NCBI RefSeq assembly: GCF_044704955.1
Contig: NC_091981.1
Location: forward strand, 287,432,001 to 287,496,000
DNA: 64,000 bases
DNA from: Pristiophorus japonicus
Lineage: Eukaryota
Reading direction: 5' to 3'
Under the pieces are notes generated by a model. It had not been told where the DNA came from. It saw nothing but the letters and a program-made list of their open reading frames with translations, and did not search any database. Of the stretch, positions 38,299 to 50,794 are shown one piece after another. The translations under genes and the position numbers were made by a program. Numbering within the stretch: position 1 is the first letter of the stretch; the number at the start of each line of letters is the position of its first letter.

Positions 38299-40187
38299 CC
38301 TCAGAACAACAACACCCACAGAGCGATGAGACAGAACTTCCTTCAAGTTCAACCTCAAGGGCTGAAGAGTGGCGAGAAGGTGGAAGTGTGCGCAAAAAAA
38401 GTAAAACGGCAAAAGTAAGACGATACCAAGACAGCTACTTGAATTTTGGTTTTATTTGTAATAAAAGTGGATACACACCTCAACCGCAGTGTGTAATTTG
38501 TGCACAAGTACTGGTCAATGAAGCTTTGAAACCCTCCAAATTACGGAGACATTTAATTACCAAGCATGAAATGTACAAGGACAAACACCGTGCCTTTTTT
38601 GAGCGAAAGGCTAAGGAACTGCCTGGGAGTACTGAAGTAGTAATGAAATCCACACCTACCGCTGATAAAAAGCTTGTCTCATCCTACTTAGTGGCGCAGC
38701 AGATTGCGAAAGCAAAAAGACCCTATACGGTTGCTGAGGAGCTGATAATGCCGTGTGCCATTGCAATCGTAAAGGAAATGTTTGGAGAGCAGGAGGCCCG
38801 GGAACTGGAAAAAATACCAATGTCAGATGACACTATCAAACGGCGGATTGGTTCAATGTCAGAAGACATAGTTTTGCAGTGCATCGATCGGCTGCGTGTC
38901 AGTGACTTTGCTCTACAGCTTGATGTGACCACAGACTTTTCTAAAAGGTCCCATTTACTCGTCTATGTTCGCTATGTGTGGAATAAGGAAATAAAGGAAG
39001 ACTTTTTGTTTAGCAAAGAGCTCAAGATAACAAAGTCAGAGGATATTTTCACATTGTTGGATGATTTCATGACTTCAGCAGAAATCAGCTGGACAAACTG
39101 CATTGGGGTGTGCACTGATGGGGCTGCAGCAATGACTGGAAAGCATTCGAGTGTTGTGCAAAAGATCAAAGCTGCTTCACCTGGCGCTATTTGGACACAT
39201 TGCTTTTTACACCGAGAGGCCCTTGCTGCGAAAGATATTGAGCCGGGTCTTCACGGTGTTCTCAACACTGCAGTGACTCTCGTTAATTTTATCAAGTCCA
39301 GAGCAAGGAACTCCAGGTGTTTTGATGCACTTTGTGAGGAGGTGGGTGCAGAGCACAATTCCTTGCTCATGCATACAAAGGCGAGGTGGCTCTCTCGAGG
39401 CAGAATGCTTACCCGTATATTTCATCTCAGGGGAGATGTTCACATTTTCTTAGCTGACAAGAAACCTGAACTTGCCGAGGTGCTGAAAGATGACGTGTGG
39501 CTGGCTAAACTGGCTTACCTCGCAGACATGTTCAGTGAAATGAATAAGCTAAATAAAGCTATGCAAGTTGAGAACACTCATTTTTTTGCCCAGCGTGGAA
39601 GAATTGACGCATTCAAAGGGAAACTGCAAGTGTGGAAGGTTCTTATCTCTGGGGGCACGGCAGATATGTTTGAGCTCTTGCATTCTTTCATTCAAGAAAG
39701 AAAAGTTAACTTTGACGCCATCAAACCACAGCTGGTAGCGCATCTTTCTGGTCTGCTCAACAAATTCAATACTTATTTCCCAGAACTCACGACGGAACAA
39801 TCTGCTGCATACCTGTGGGCTACAAACCCCTTTAGTGAGAATATTGAAGCGAAACTCCTAACCTCTGTCCCACCAAAGTTATTGGAAGAGCTCATTGACA
39901 TTTCATCCGACAGCTTCCTCAGAACCAAGTTCAGTGAGTTGCCGCTGGAGACATTTTGGTGTGAATGCTCTGACGAATACAGGACTGCTTCTTCTGCAGC
40001 ACTGAAAGTGTTGCTCCCATTTAGTACAACCTACTTCTGCGATGTTGGAGTTTCAGCAATGACGTTGATGAAAACTAAGAACCGAGGCAGGGTGAACATT
40101 GACCATGAAATGCGCGTGTGCTTGTCGAAGATACCTCCGCGCCTTGACAGAATTGTTGCTCAGCATCAGCAACTGGTTTCATATTAA
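38299..40187 (+). CDS. hAT (Buster/Charlie) transposase-derived BED-finger protein, ZBED5/ZBED8/FAM200/SCAND3-like, copy 1 main coding exon
   Basis: Uninterrupted ORF (track 38388-40187, 599 aa; open back to 38292) with BED finger C-x2-C...H-x4-H, FALQLD, CTDGA, HCFLH, RWLSRG, hAT dimerisation domain; 5' boundary is a predicted acceptor. Confidence 0.9.
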
Positions 40188-40264
40188 GTACGTAAAACAA
40201 ATATATTAAACATACGTTTATTTAGATATCTACAGAGAAAGTTCAATACAACAGAGCAGTGTAG

Positions 40265-42030
40265 TGATTTGGGTTTTTAAAAAAAAAGTGTGTGACCAGG
40301 AAGGGACAGAGTTTAATGGTAGCAGTGCAGCAGAGAATAAAGTCAAAGCAGGGAATAGTGGTAAAACAATTAAATTGAAGACTCTTTATCTGAATGCACG
40401 GAGCATTTGTAACAAGATAGACAAACTAGTGGCACAAATAGGAGATAAATGGGTTTGGTCAATTACAGAGACATGGTTGCAAAGTGACCAAGGTTGGGAA
40501 CTAAATGTTCCAGAGTACTTGACGTTTCGAAAAGACAGGCAGACTGCTAAATGAGGGGGGCGCGGTAGCCCTGATAACAAAGGATGACAAGGACAGCAGA
40601 GGGAATGGATCTCGGCTCGGAAGATCTGGAAGTAGAATCTGCATGGGTGGAGATGAGGAATAACAAGGGGGCAGAAAACACTGGTGGAACTAGTATATAG
40701 GTCCCCTAACAGTAGACTGTTGGACAGAATATTAATCAAGAAATAATAAGATCTTGTAACAAAGGTAATGCAATAATCGTGGGAGACTTTAATCTTCATA
40801 TGGATTGGACAAATCAAATTGGCAAAGGTAGTCTGGATGACGAGTTCATGGAATGCATTCGGGAAAATTTCCTAGAACAGTACATCATGGAACCAACAAG
40901 GGAACAGGCTATTTTAGATCTTATATTGTGTAATGAGACAGGGCTAATTAACAATCTCTTAGTGAAGGATCCTCTGGGGGCAGAGTGATCATAATACCAT
41001 AGAACTACTTTTGAGAATAACTTACTGATGCCTGAAACTAGATCTTTCAAACTTTAAATAAAGCCAATTACATAGGTATAAAGGGTGAGTTGGCTAAGTT
41101 GGAAAAATAGGTATGGCAGTAGATAAGCAGTGGCTAGCATTTTAAGAAATATTTCATCATTCTCAATAAAAATACATTCCATTGAGAAACAAAAACTCCA
41201 CAGGAAAAGTGATCCATCCATGGCTAACTAAAGAAGTTGAGGAGGATAGCATTAGATTGAAAGAAGAAGCTTATAATGTTGTGAAGAATAGGGTTAGGGT
41301 AAGCCTGAGAATTGGGAAAGGTTTCAGAAACCAGCAAAGGATGACCCAAAATTTGATTTAAAAAAAAGGAAAAAATAGACTTTGAGCGAAAACTAGCAAG
41401 AAATTTAAAAACTGATTGCAAGAGCTTCTACAAATATGTGAAAAGGAAGAGAGTAGCAAAAGTAAACATTGGTCCCTTAGAGGCTGAGGCAGGAGAAATT
41501 ATGGGGAATAAGGAAATGGCAGAAACATTAACTAAATATTTTCTATCTGTCTTCACAGTAGTAGATGCAAAAAACATACCTAAAATGGTGGGGAACCAAG
41601 GGTCTAATGAGGGTGAGGAACTTGATGTAATTCATATAAGTAGAGAAAAAGTATTAGACAAACTAATGGGACTAAAAGCTGATAAATCCCCTGGACCTGA
41701 CGGCCTACCTCCTCGGGTTCTAAAAGAGGTGGCTGCAGAGATAATGGATACATTGGTTTTGATCTTTCAAAATTCCCTACATTCTAGAACGGTCCCAGCA
41801 GATTGGAAGGTAGCAAATGTAACACCGCTATTCAAGAAAAGAGCGAGAGAGAAAACGGGGAACTACAGGCCAGTCAGCCTGACATCAGAAAAATGTCAGA
41901 ATCCATTGTTAAGGAAGTGGTATCATGGCACTTAAAAAATCATAACATGATTAGGCAGTCGTCATGGTTTTATGAAAGAGAAATCGTGTTTGACAAATTT
42001 AAGAGTTTTGTGGGGATGTAACTAGCAGGG
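40265..42030 (+). mobile_element. CR1 LINE including endonuclease region, decayed
   Basis: LYLNARSI, ITETWL, GDFN, ILDLILCN, KSPGPDG motifs. Confidence 0.9.
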
Positions 42031-42074
42031 GCCATATGGCCTACTCCTGCTCCTATTTCTTATGTTCTTATTAA

Positions 42075-42632
42075 CTCTGAAGACACTGGTTAGGCCACAG
42101 CAAGAGTACTGCATGCAGTTCTGGTCACCACATTACAGGAAAGATGTAATTGCACGAGAGAGGGTACAGAGGAGATTTATGAGGATGTTGCCTGGACGGA
42201 GAATTTTAGCTATGAGGAAAGATTGGATAGGTTGGGGTTGTTTTTTTTTGGAACAGAGGAGGCTGAGGGAAGACCTTTCTGAGGTATATAAAATTAGGAG
42301 GGGCCTTGATATGAAGGACTTATTTCCCTTAGAGGGGTCAACAACCAGGCGGCATAGATTTAAAGTAATTGGTAAGAGGTTTAGAGGGGATATGAGGGAA
42401 AATGTTTTCACCCAGAGGGTGATGGGGGGTCTGAAACTCGCTGCCTGAAATGGTGGTAAGAGGCAGAAACTCTCACCACATTTATTAAGTATTTGGATGT
42501 GCACTTGAAGTGCCGTAACCTACAATACTACGGACTAAGAGCTGGAAAGTGGGATTCGGCTGGATAGCTCTTTGTCGGCTGACGTGGACACGATGGGCCA
42601 AGATGGCCTCCTTCCCTGCTGTAAATTTCTAC
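42075..42632 (+). mobile_element. CR1 3' fragment, different subfamily
   Basis: ORF 42062-42448 plus tail. Confidence 0.85.
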
Positions 42633-42634
42633 GA

Positions 42635-42922
42635 TAGGATGATGCTCAGAGTTGTGTATCTTTACTTTCTATTTTAGATGTCATTAGAATTGGCTGTCCA
42701 CACTAATAATCTCCAGTGCAGACCAGAGGAGCCGTATCCATGTCACTCAGTCTGGTCTGCCTTTACTCAAAGGTTCGCTATTTTATGTTTCTCGTGCGAG
42801 CCACAGCAGGTCAGGTCTGCCTGTGACCTTGTCGCTTCCTAATACTTGCTCGATTGATGATGAGAGGATAGTTTGAGGCCGCCTTCTGATCAAAGAACAA
42901 GGTTATGGAAACCTCATACATC
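42635..42922 (+). repeat. Third, more diverged copy of the gene's non-coding exon/intron block
   Basis: gataggatgatgctcaga...ttttag...gaaacctcatacatc aligns to 34304-34388 plus 34896-35100 and to 51937-52210. Confidence 0.85.
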
Positions 42923-43334
42923 CTGCTGCATTGCGGAGGTAATGGGAGCTTTTAAATTCAGGTTTTCACCATTTGTTTAAAAGTTCCAATAACATATCGG
43001 AGTGCAGTCAGAATTGAAGGAGCGCAGAGTTCTCAGACGATTTTAGGGCTGGAGGCTGGGAGGGATCAGGAGGGATGAGACTTTTACATTCAAGGTGATA
43101 GTGGAATGGGACTTTGTGATTTATGGGGCAATAATCAATGACATGGAGCTCCTCACTACCTGTAGATTGTAAACTAATTCCTGTGCAATAAACAAGGTTG
43201 GTGCTTTGAAATGGGAGGCTAGTTCTTCTTCTGTGGCTTTGAGGCAGCTTGCTTTGGGAGCTTGAATCCTAAACATGAAGATGTAAATACCCAGGGATTT
43301 GTGGACTGATGTATTTTTTGTTCTTCCCCTGCAG

Positions 43335-43680
43335 GTATACCAATTGCAATACTGTCGGCAGGATAGCTCAATCCTGGAGCTGAGACTGACTGTGAACGTC
43401 CCCTCCCCCCACCATCCGATTTGGGTCACAAACTGTCGTATTGTGCAATGAAGTGGAAGACTGTGGTGATCAATCTGAAGCTCTACATCTAGTCATGGAT
43501 CCAGTTATGATGGGCAAGAAACGAGAGGCATTCAGGCAACGTAGAGGGGAGCCTGGGGATGTGTTCTGGTCAGTGAGAGGAAGCCGTGGACTCTTCAACC
43601 TGGACAGAAGGCACCTGAGCTGTATAGTACAGTTCGGAATACGGAAAATGCATTTCTGTAATACTGCAAATCCTGAGTAG
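43335..43680 (+). other. Duplicated downstream exon-like block, copy 1
   Basis: Strong acceptor tttttgttcttcccctgcag; paralog at 56867-57217; reading frame broken. Confidence 0.6.
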
Positions 43681-44894
43681 GACAAAGGGCACGTGTTCAA
43701 ACAGTAAATTTAAGACTGATGCTCTTCCCCTCGTGATCAATATTGGGGGAAAGTCGTCGTCATCATCATCATCATCATAGGCAGTCCCTCAGAATCGAGG
43801 AAGACCTGCTTCCACTCCTAAAGTGAGTTCTTTGGTGGCCCTCCTGTATGGATCAGAGGCATGGGGGAAAGTAGGCATGGACTAAATACAGAGTTTGAGA
43901 GTTCAGAGCCCACCACGGGCAGTTTGAGATTCTGAATTCAGTTTAACGCTGGTCGATACAAAAACAGGTATTGGTAAAGGTGACCTTGAAGCTGTTGGAT
44001 TGTTGTAAAACCCAACTGGTTCACAAATGTCCTTCAGGGAAGGAAAACCTGCTGTCCTTATGGGTCCAACCTGCATGTGACTCCAGTCCCACACCAATGT
44101 GGCTGAGGTGGCCTCGCAAGCCATTCAATTGTATCAAACTGCGAGCAGCAGTCCAGGGAAAGGCCCACCATCTATGAGCAATAAATGCCAGTGATGCCCA
44201 TAACCTGAGAGTGAAGGAAGATACATGGAGTGGACTCTGAAATAGAGCAGTGAAGGTTTAAAAATCCCTGCAACAGCTAAACCGTTAGATGCAGGATGGA
44301 GGTGGACTTTCTCGATGAATGGGCTGAACAGCCTTCCTCATCTGTGCAGCATTTTCTCCTCGAGCTGAGTTTCTGTGGAGGCAATTTATTGGAAGCAAAC
44401 GTTCGAGCTGCACATGGCAGATTTAACTTGGATACATTGAACTTTTCCATAATCCGTTTGCACCTTCCTCAAGTATTTACTTGCGAGTATTTACAATTTA
44501 CTATCATTGTCCATTTGAGGTTGTATAATTGTGATGTTTTACTTTGTATTTTTTAAACAAGCACACATTTAAATGCTACACTAACTTAATTGATTTAAAT
44601 AAATTATTGTGTTTTACATATTCCCTGTTTACAGCAGCTTCAGTCTGTGGCAATGTTTATGCTCCACACAAGTCTCCTCCCACCTTGTTTTATCTCATCC
44701 TATCAACATACCGCTTTCACTCTGTACTTGTCTTGCTTGCCCTCTTGTTTCTATTCACACTAGTGACTCATTCCCTCCTCATCACCTATCTTGCTCTCTC
44801 TGGGCCATCGGTCACTTTCTTTAATTCCACTACAGTTTGGCTTCTCACTCTGCAAGAGGTTATTACACAAAATTAGGACATGGGATTGGGAGTA

Positions 44895-45183
44895 AGGCCC
44901 AGGGGCAGCACGGGCCAGCCCACACTGCGATATGTGTGCATACTAGGTCAGTGCAGCAGAGCTGGTCTCCAGTTAGTCTTGGGTAATCCTTGCCACTGGA
45001 CCAAGACCTAGCTCTGTCAAGCCCGTGTGGTGGCTGGTGTGCAACGGTCACCACACGTTAAAAAAATCCAAGCACAGGCATCTTCCACCCTCCAAGATGT
45101 AGTTCGGGATCTGGAATATTAGATCCTTCATTGAAATATGGAAGAAGCCATCCTCGTTTCGAGGGACTGCCTATGAAGGATGA
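44895..45183 (+). mobile_element. RTE-derived SINE
   Basis: 5'UTR block, decayed ORF start (M*FGIWNIRSFIE) and gagggactgcctatga tail. Confidence 0.8.
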
Positions 45184-46049
45184 TTAACATGGATTGAGGA
45201 TTGGTTAAAGGAAATAAAACAGTAGAAATAAACAGGTCATTTTCAGATTAGCAGGCTTTAACTACTGCAAGGACCAGTCCTTGGGGCCCCAGCAATGTAA
45301 AAGCAAGTTTGGTTGCATGGAGTAACTGAGACTGTCACTTGCAATAGCATTGGGGAGTGGAGAATGGGACTAAAATGCAGAGTTTCATGATGTGATCCCC
45401 ATTTGGGGTTCAGCTGTTCTACCTGGTGGGGTTTGTGACACATGTACAAAGGGAGCCAGCATTGATAGTTGATGCAACCCTTGGTTCTTGGGGTGTGGAT
45501 GATCTTTCACTCCTTGTTTCCCCGAGAACCAGTTCACCGATGCTCAGTTTGGTCAGCAAGGACCAACCCAGCTCTGCACCTCATTACAGCTTTGGTCCAA
45601 GCATGGCCAGGAGCTCAATTTTGGAGTGGAGTGACTATTGACAACACCGAAGGGTGGGATTTGTAGCAAACCGTCTTGTTTACTCGGCAAACAATCTATT
45701 TTACAGCAGAGTCTGCAGCAAATAGAACTCATGACAAACTCCTGCTGCTCTAGCATTCAGTGTCTGGATCATAGCTGTGATGAGGTCTGGAGCCAAGTGG
45801 TTCTGGCTGAGTCATTGAATACCAAAGAAGGGTGGTTCAGCTCTTTCTGGTTGGAGCCAATCGAGCATACTGCTTTATCCTGGATGGTGTTGAGTTTATT
45901 GAGTGTGTTGCGGCTGCACCCATGAAGGCAAGACGCTCCTTAAAACCTACCTTTTTGACCAAGTTTTTGGTCACCTGTCCTATGTGGCACGGGTCACATT
46001 TCAATTGATAATGCTTCTGTGAAGCAGCTTGCAATGTTTTACAACAAAT

Positions 46050-46780
46050 AGAAAAACTGAATATTTTTTAAATGGTGAGAAACTTTGTTGGTGTTCAGAG
46101 ATTTAGGTGTTCTTGTGCATGAAACACAAAGCTAGCATGCAGGTACACCAAGCAATAAGGAAGGCAAATGGAATGTTGGCCTTTATTGCAAGGGGGATGA
46201 AGTATAAAAGTAGCGAAGTCCTGCTATAGCTGTACAGAGTATTGGTAAGACCACACCTGGAGTACTGCGTACAGTTTTGGTCTTATTTAAGGAAGGATAT
46301 ACTTGCATTGGAGGCAGTTCAAAGAAGGTTCACTAGGTTGATTCTGGAGATGAGGTTGAGCCTATACACATTGGAGTTTAGAAGAATCAGGTGTGATCTT
46401 ATTGAAACGTATAAAATTCTGAGGGGGCTTGACAGGGTAGATGCAGAGAGGTTGTTTCCACACATGGGGGAATCTAGAACTGGGGGGCATAGTTTCAGTT
46501 TAACGGGTCGCCCATTTAAAACAGAAATGAGGAATTTCTTCTCTAAGGGTCGTGAATCTTTGGAATTCTCTGCCCCAGAGAGCTGTGGAGGCTGGGTCAT
46601 TGAATATATTTAAGGTATAAATAGACAGATTTTTGAAGGATAAGGGAGTCGAGGATTATGGGGAACAGGCGGGGAAGTGGAGTTGAGGTCGGGATCAGAT
46701 CACCCATGAGCTTATTGAATAGTGGAGCAGGCTCGAGGGGTCAAATAGCCTACTCCTGCTCCTATTTCTTATGTTCTTAG
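46050..46780 (+). mobile_element. CR1 3' fragment
   Basis: ORF 46242-46613 plus tail. Confidence 0.9.
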
Positions 46781-47654
46781 CCGGTTTAAGTACAGCCAGC
46801 CTTTCTAGTACCGCCTCCTTAGCAATTTTTATCCCATCCAGTATCTCAACTGCCTCATCTTTCACTATGACTGGCAGCAGCATCTTCCTTGGTAAAGACA
46901 AATGCAAAGTACTGATTTAGTACTTCAGCTATGCCCTCTGCCTCCATGCATAGGTCTCCATTTTGGTCCCTAATTGGCCCCACCTGTCCTCTTACTACAC
47001 GTTTACTATTTATACACTTGTCGAAGACTTTTGGATTCCCTTTTATGTTAGCTGCCAATCTATTCACATACTCTCTCTTTGCCCCTATTATTTCCTATTT
47101 CACTGCCCCTTTGAACTTTCTATATTCAGCCTGGTTCTCACTTGTATTCTCAAACTGACACCCGTCATATACCTCCTTTTACAGGATATCAAGGGGAACA
47201 GATAGGGTAGATAGAGAGAAACTATTCCCGCTGGTTGGGGATTCCAGGACTAGGGGGCATAATCTAAAAATAAGAGTTTTCGGGAGTGAAATCAGGAAAC
47301 ACTTCTACACAGGGTGGTAGATGTTTGGAACTCTCCTTAAATTCCTCAGCTTGTGGGATCTGAACTCATATCTCTGGATCATTAGTCCAGGCCTCTGCTC
47401 TTCAAATGTGCCATGAGATTTTTTTACATCCACCTTAGAGACACGAATGTCAGCCTAAATTTTCGTGCTCAAGTCTCTGGATTTTGACGAGCCCACAACC
47501 ATCTGACTTGGAGGCGGGAACCATCTGAGCCATCGCTGACAACTGGAGGCTTCATCACAATCCTGGAAGGTCAGTACCCTAACTGCAAACAATCCTTTTT
47601 CTAGCTGTCTAAGCCACCATTCTCAACAACGGCCCTCCAAGGTAGTGATACTGT

Positions 47655-48163
47655 GGTTGGATCCTGCAAATCCCCTGGGATAATCAACGTCGGTGTTCTT
47701 GATCAGGCCAACATCGAAACACTGACCACATTCAACCAGCTCCATTGGGTGGGCCACATCGTCCACAAGCCCGACACGAGAGCAAGCGCTCTACTCGGAA
47801 CTCCTACACGGCCAGCGAGCCCTAGGTGGGCAGAGGAAACGTTACAAGGACACCCTCAAAGCCTCCCTGATAAAGTGCAACATCCCCACCGACACCTGGG
47901 AGTCCCTGGCCAAAGACCGCTCTAAGTGGAGGAAGTGCATCCGGGAGGACGCTGAGCACCTCGAGTCTCATCGCCGAGAGCATGCAGAAAACAAGCGGAA
48001 GGAGCGTGTGGCAAACCAGACTCCCCACCCACCTTTTCCCTCAATGACTATCTGTCCTACCTGTGACAGGGACTGTGGTTCTAGTATTGGACTGTTCAGC
48101 CACTTTTACAGTGAAGTAAGTCTTCCTCGAGTCCGAGGGACTGCCTATGGTGATGATGACGAT
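47655..48163 (+). mobile_element. RTE LINE 3' fragment
   Basis: aaggacaccctcaaagcctccctg region and (GAT)n tail. Confidence 0.85.
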
Positions 48164-48214
48164 GCCGTGGCTGGAGGACCTCCGTCCCTTGTGCTGCGAT
48201 GCGAACCATCTTGC

Positions 48215-48900
48215 AGCTTCCGCAGCTCCTTGGTTATGTTTCGCGGCAGAGCGTCCGAGTGGCTGGCTGGCACCACGTGACGCGGTATAAATGTCGGTGT
48301 CGGGAGCGGCGCGGCCATTTTGAAACGGCGGTTGAAGATGGCGGTGAGGTGAGCGAGTGAGGCAGCCGGTCAGGGCCGCCTGTGGGGGAGGATTCGGCCT
48401 TAGTGAGTCTCCCCCCGGTCCGAGGTTGTAGGGCGGAGGGGGGCGGAGGCTTCACCTTGCAGCCCGGGTCCGAGTGTACAATATTGGGGAGGGCCGGCGG
48501 GCCGCGGGCAGGGAATGGCGGCGGAGGGGGGCGTCTCCCCGCGGGCTCGAGCGCGCTTTCATTTGGCAGCGCCGGCCGGGGCTCGAGCTGGGCTGTAATC
48601 GGGAGACACGCAGCGCCGTGGTTAGCGGCTGGGGCCGCGCCCCATTGGCTGTGGGGGGGTGGGGGGCAGCGGTCGCGCCCTATTGGCTGGTCCGTCAGAT
48701 GGCATTGCGCTCCATTGGTTGGTCCTTGGGCTGGGGCCGCGCCCCATTGGCTGGTCCGGGAGCTGGGACCGCGCCCAATTGGCTGGGATGGGTCCGCGCC
48801 CCATTGGATGGTCCGTGGGTTGGGGCCGCGCTCCATTGGCTGGTCGAGTGCTGGGGCCGCGCCCCATTGGCGAAGCTAAGGTTGTCTTCCCGCTGGTGCA
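48215..48900 (+). promoter_or_regulatory. CpG-island promoter and first exon of transposase-derived gene, copy 2
   Basis: Same order as copy 1: CACGTGAC, TATAAA, YY1 gcggccattttg and aagatggcgg, gtgag donors, ggggccgcgccccattggctgg array. Confidence 0.8.
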
Positions 48901-49334
48901 GTATGCGAATGCGAGCAGACTGGCAGCAGCCCGGATGCGGCATTTTGCACGGTGATTGTCCGCGCGAACATTTCTGTGGCTTTCTGCGTTAGCGCGCGGC
49001 GTACAGGGGCCCTCGGCAGCGCAGCGCGGGACACACTTTGCTCAGCTCGGGGGACTGGGGCCGTGCTGACCGGCCGGCCAGGCAGAGAGAATCGTCCGGG
49101 GGGGGGAGAGGAAGGAGAGAGAGGGTCAGGAACGGGGGTATAGCCAGCTCTACCAATTCTTATCCAGTATCTTCTCTATCTCCTCCTTCACTGCCGATGG
49201 CAACATCTTCCTTGGTGAAGACAGATGCAAAGTACTGATCCTGTGCCTCAGCCATCCTGCTGCCTCCATGCATAGGTCTGTCTCCTTTTTTTGTCCCTAA
49301 TCAGCTCCAACCCTCCTCTTACTATCTGCCTACT

Positions 49335-50362
49335 GGGACTAGTGGGGTACCGCAAGGTTCTGTGCTGGGGCCCCAGCTGTTTACATTGTACATTAATAAT
49401 TTAGACGAGGGGATTAAATGTAGTATCTCCAAATTTGCGGATGACACTAAGTTGGGTGGCAGTGTGAGCTGCGAGGAGGATGCTATGAGGCTGCAGAGTG
49501 ACTTGGATAGGTTAGGTGAGTGGGCAAATGAATGGCAGATGAAGTATAATGTGAATAAATGTGAGGTTATCCACTTTGGTGGTTAAAAACAGAGAGACAG
49601 ACTATTATCTGAACGGTGACAGATTAGGAAAAGGGAAGGTGCAACGAGACCTGGGTGTCATGGTACATCAGTCATTGAAGGTTGGCATGCAGGTACAGCA
49701 GGCGGTTAAGAAAGCAAATGGCATGTTGGCCTTCATAGCGAGGGGATTTGAGTACAGGGGCAGGGAGGTGTTACTACAGTTGTACAGGGCCTTGGTGAGG
49801 CCACACCTGGAGTAGTGTGTACAGTTTTGGTCTCCTAACTTGAGGAAGGACATTCTTGCTATTGAGGGAGTGCAGCGAAGATTCACCAGACTGATTCATG
49901 GGATGGTGGGACTGACCTATCAAGAAAGACTGGATCAACTGGGCTTGTATTCACTGGAGTTCAGAAGAATGAGAGGGGACCTCATAGAAACGTTTAAAAT
50001 TCTGACGGGGTTAGACAGGTTAGATGCAGGAAGAATGTTCCCAATGTTGGGGAAGTCCAGAACCAGGGGTCACAGTCTAAGGATAAAGGGTAAGCCATTT
50101 AGGACCGAGATGAGGAGAAACTTCTTCACCCAGAGTGGTGAACCTGTGGAATTCTCTACCACAGAAAGTAGTTTAGGCCAATTCACTAAATATATTCAAA
50201 AGGGAGTTAGATGAAGTCCTTACTACTCGGGGGATCAAGGGGTATGGCGAGAAAGCAGGAAGGGGGTACTGAAGTTTCATGTTCAGCCATGAACTCATTG
50301 AATGGCGGTGCAGGCTAGAAGGGCTGAATGGCCTGCTCCTGCACCTATTTTCTATGTTTCTA
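49335..50362 (+). mobile_element. CR1 LINE 3' ~1 kb
   Basis: ORFs 49362-50214 plus tail. Confidence 0.92.
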
Positions 50363-50794
50363 ATCCTGCCCTTTTTTGAGCCAGGTCTCTGTTTTTGCCC
50401 TGGCATCATATTCCCATTTGGCTATTTGCACCTGCAGCTCACCAACCTTGTTCACTGTGCTTCGTTCGTTCACATACATACGCTGTAAGCCTATCTTGAA
50501 GTTGGAAACTTTTTCCACCCAGAGTATGGTGAGGCTCTGGAACTCACTGCCTGAAAGGGTGATAGAGGCAGAAAATCTCAGCACAATTTAAAAAGTACTT
50601 GAGGTGCTGTAACTTACAGAGCTATGGACCAAGAGCTGGAATGTGGACTGGGTTGGTGGCACAGGCATGATGGGTCGAATGGCCTTCTTCTGCGCTCTAA
50701 GTTTCTGTGATTCTATAAAAACCTCATCCATTTTGCTGGTTTGTTTTTTTAAGTTGGTCAGGCCTTTTAAAATTCTATATTACTGATAGCATCC

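Noticed and set aside
38388-40187. Assigning a gene symbol such as ZBED5, ZBED8, SCAND3 or FAM200
   Set aside because: Those are mammalian domestications; retained TIR and TSD indicate an independent insertion, so orthology is unsupported.
45530-45830. Imperfect inverted repeat
   Set aside because: Two old fragments of the same LINE RT region in opposite orientation.
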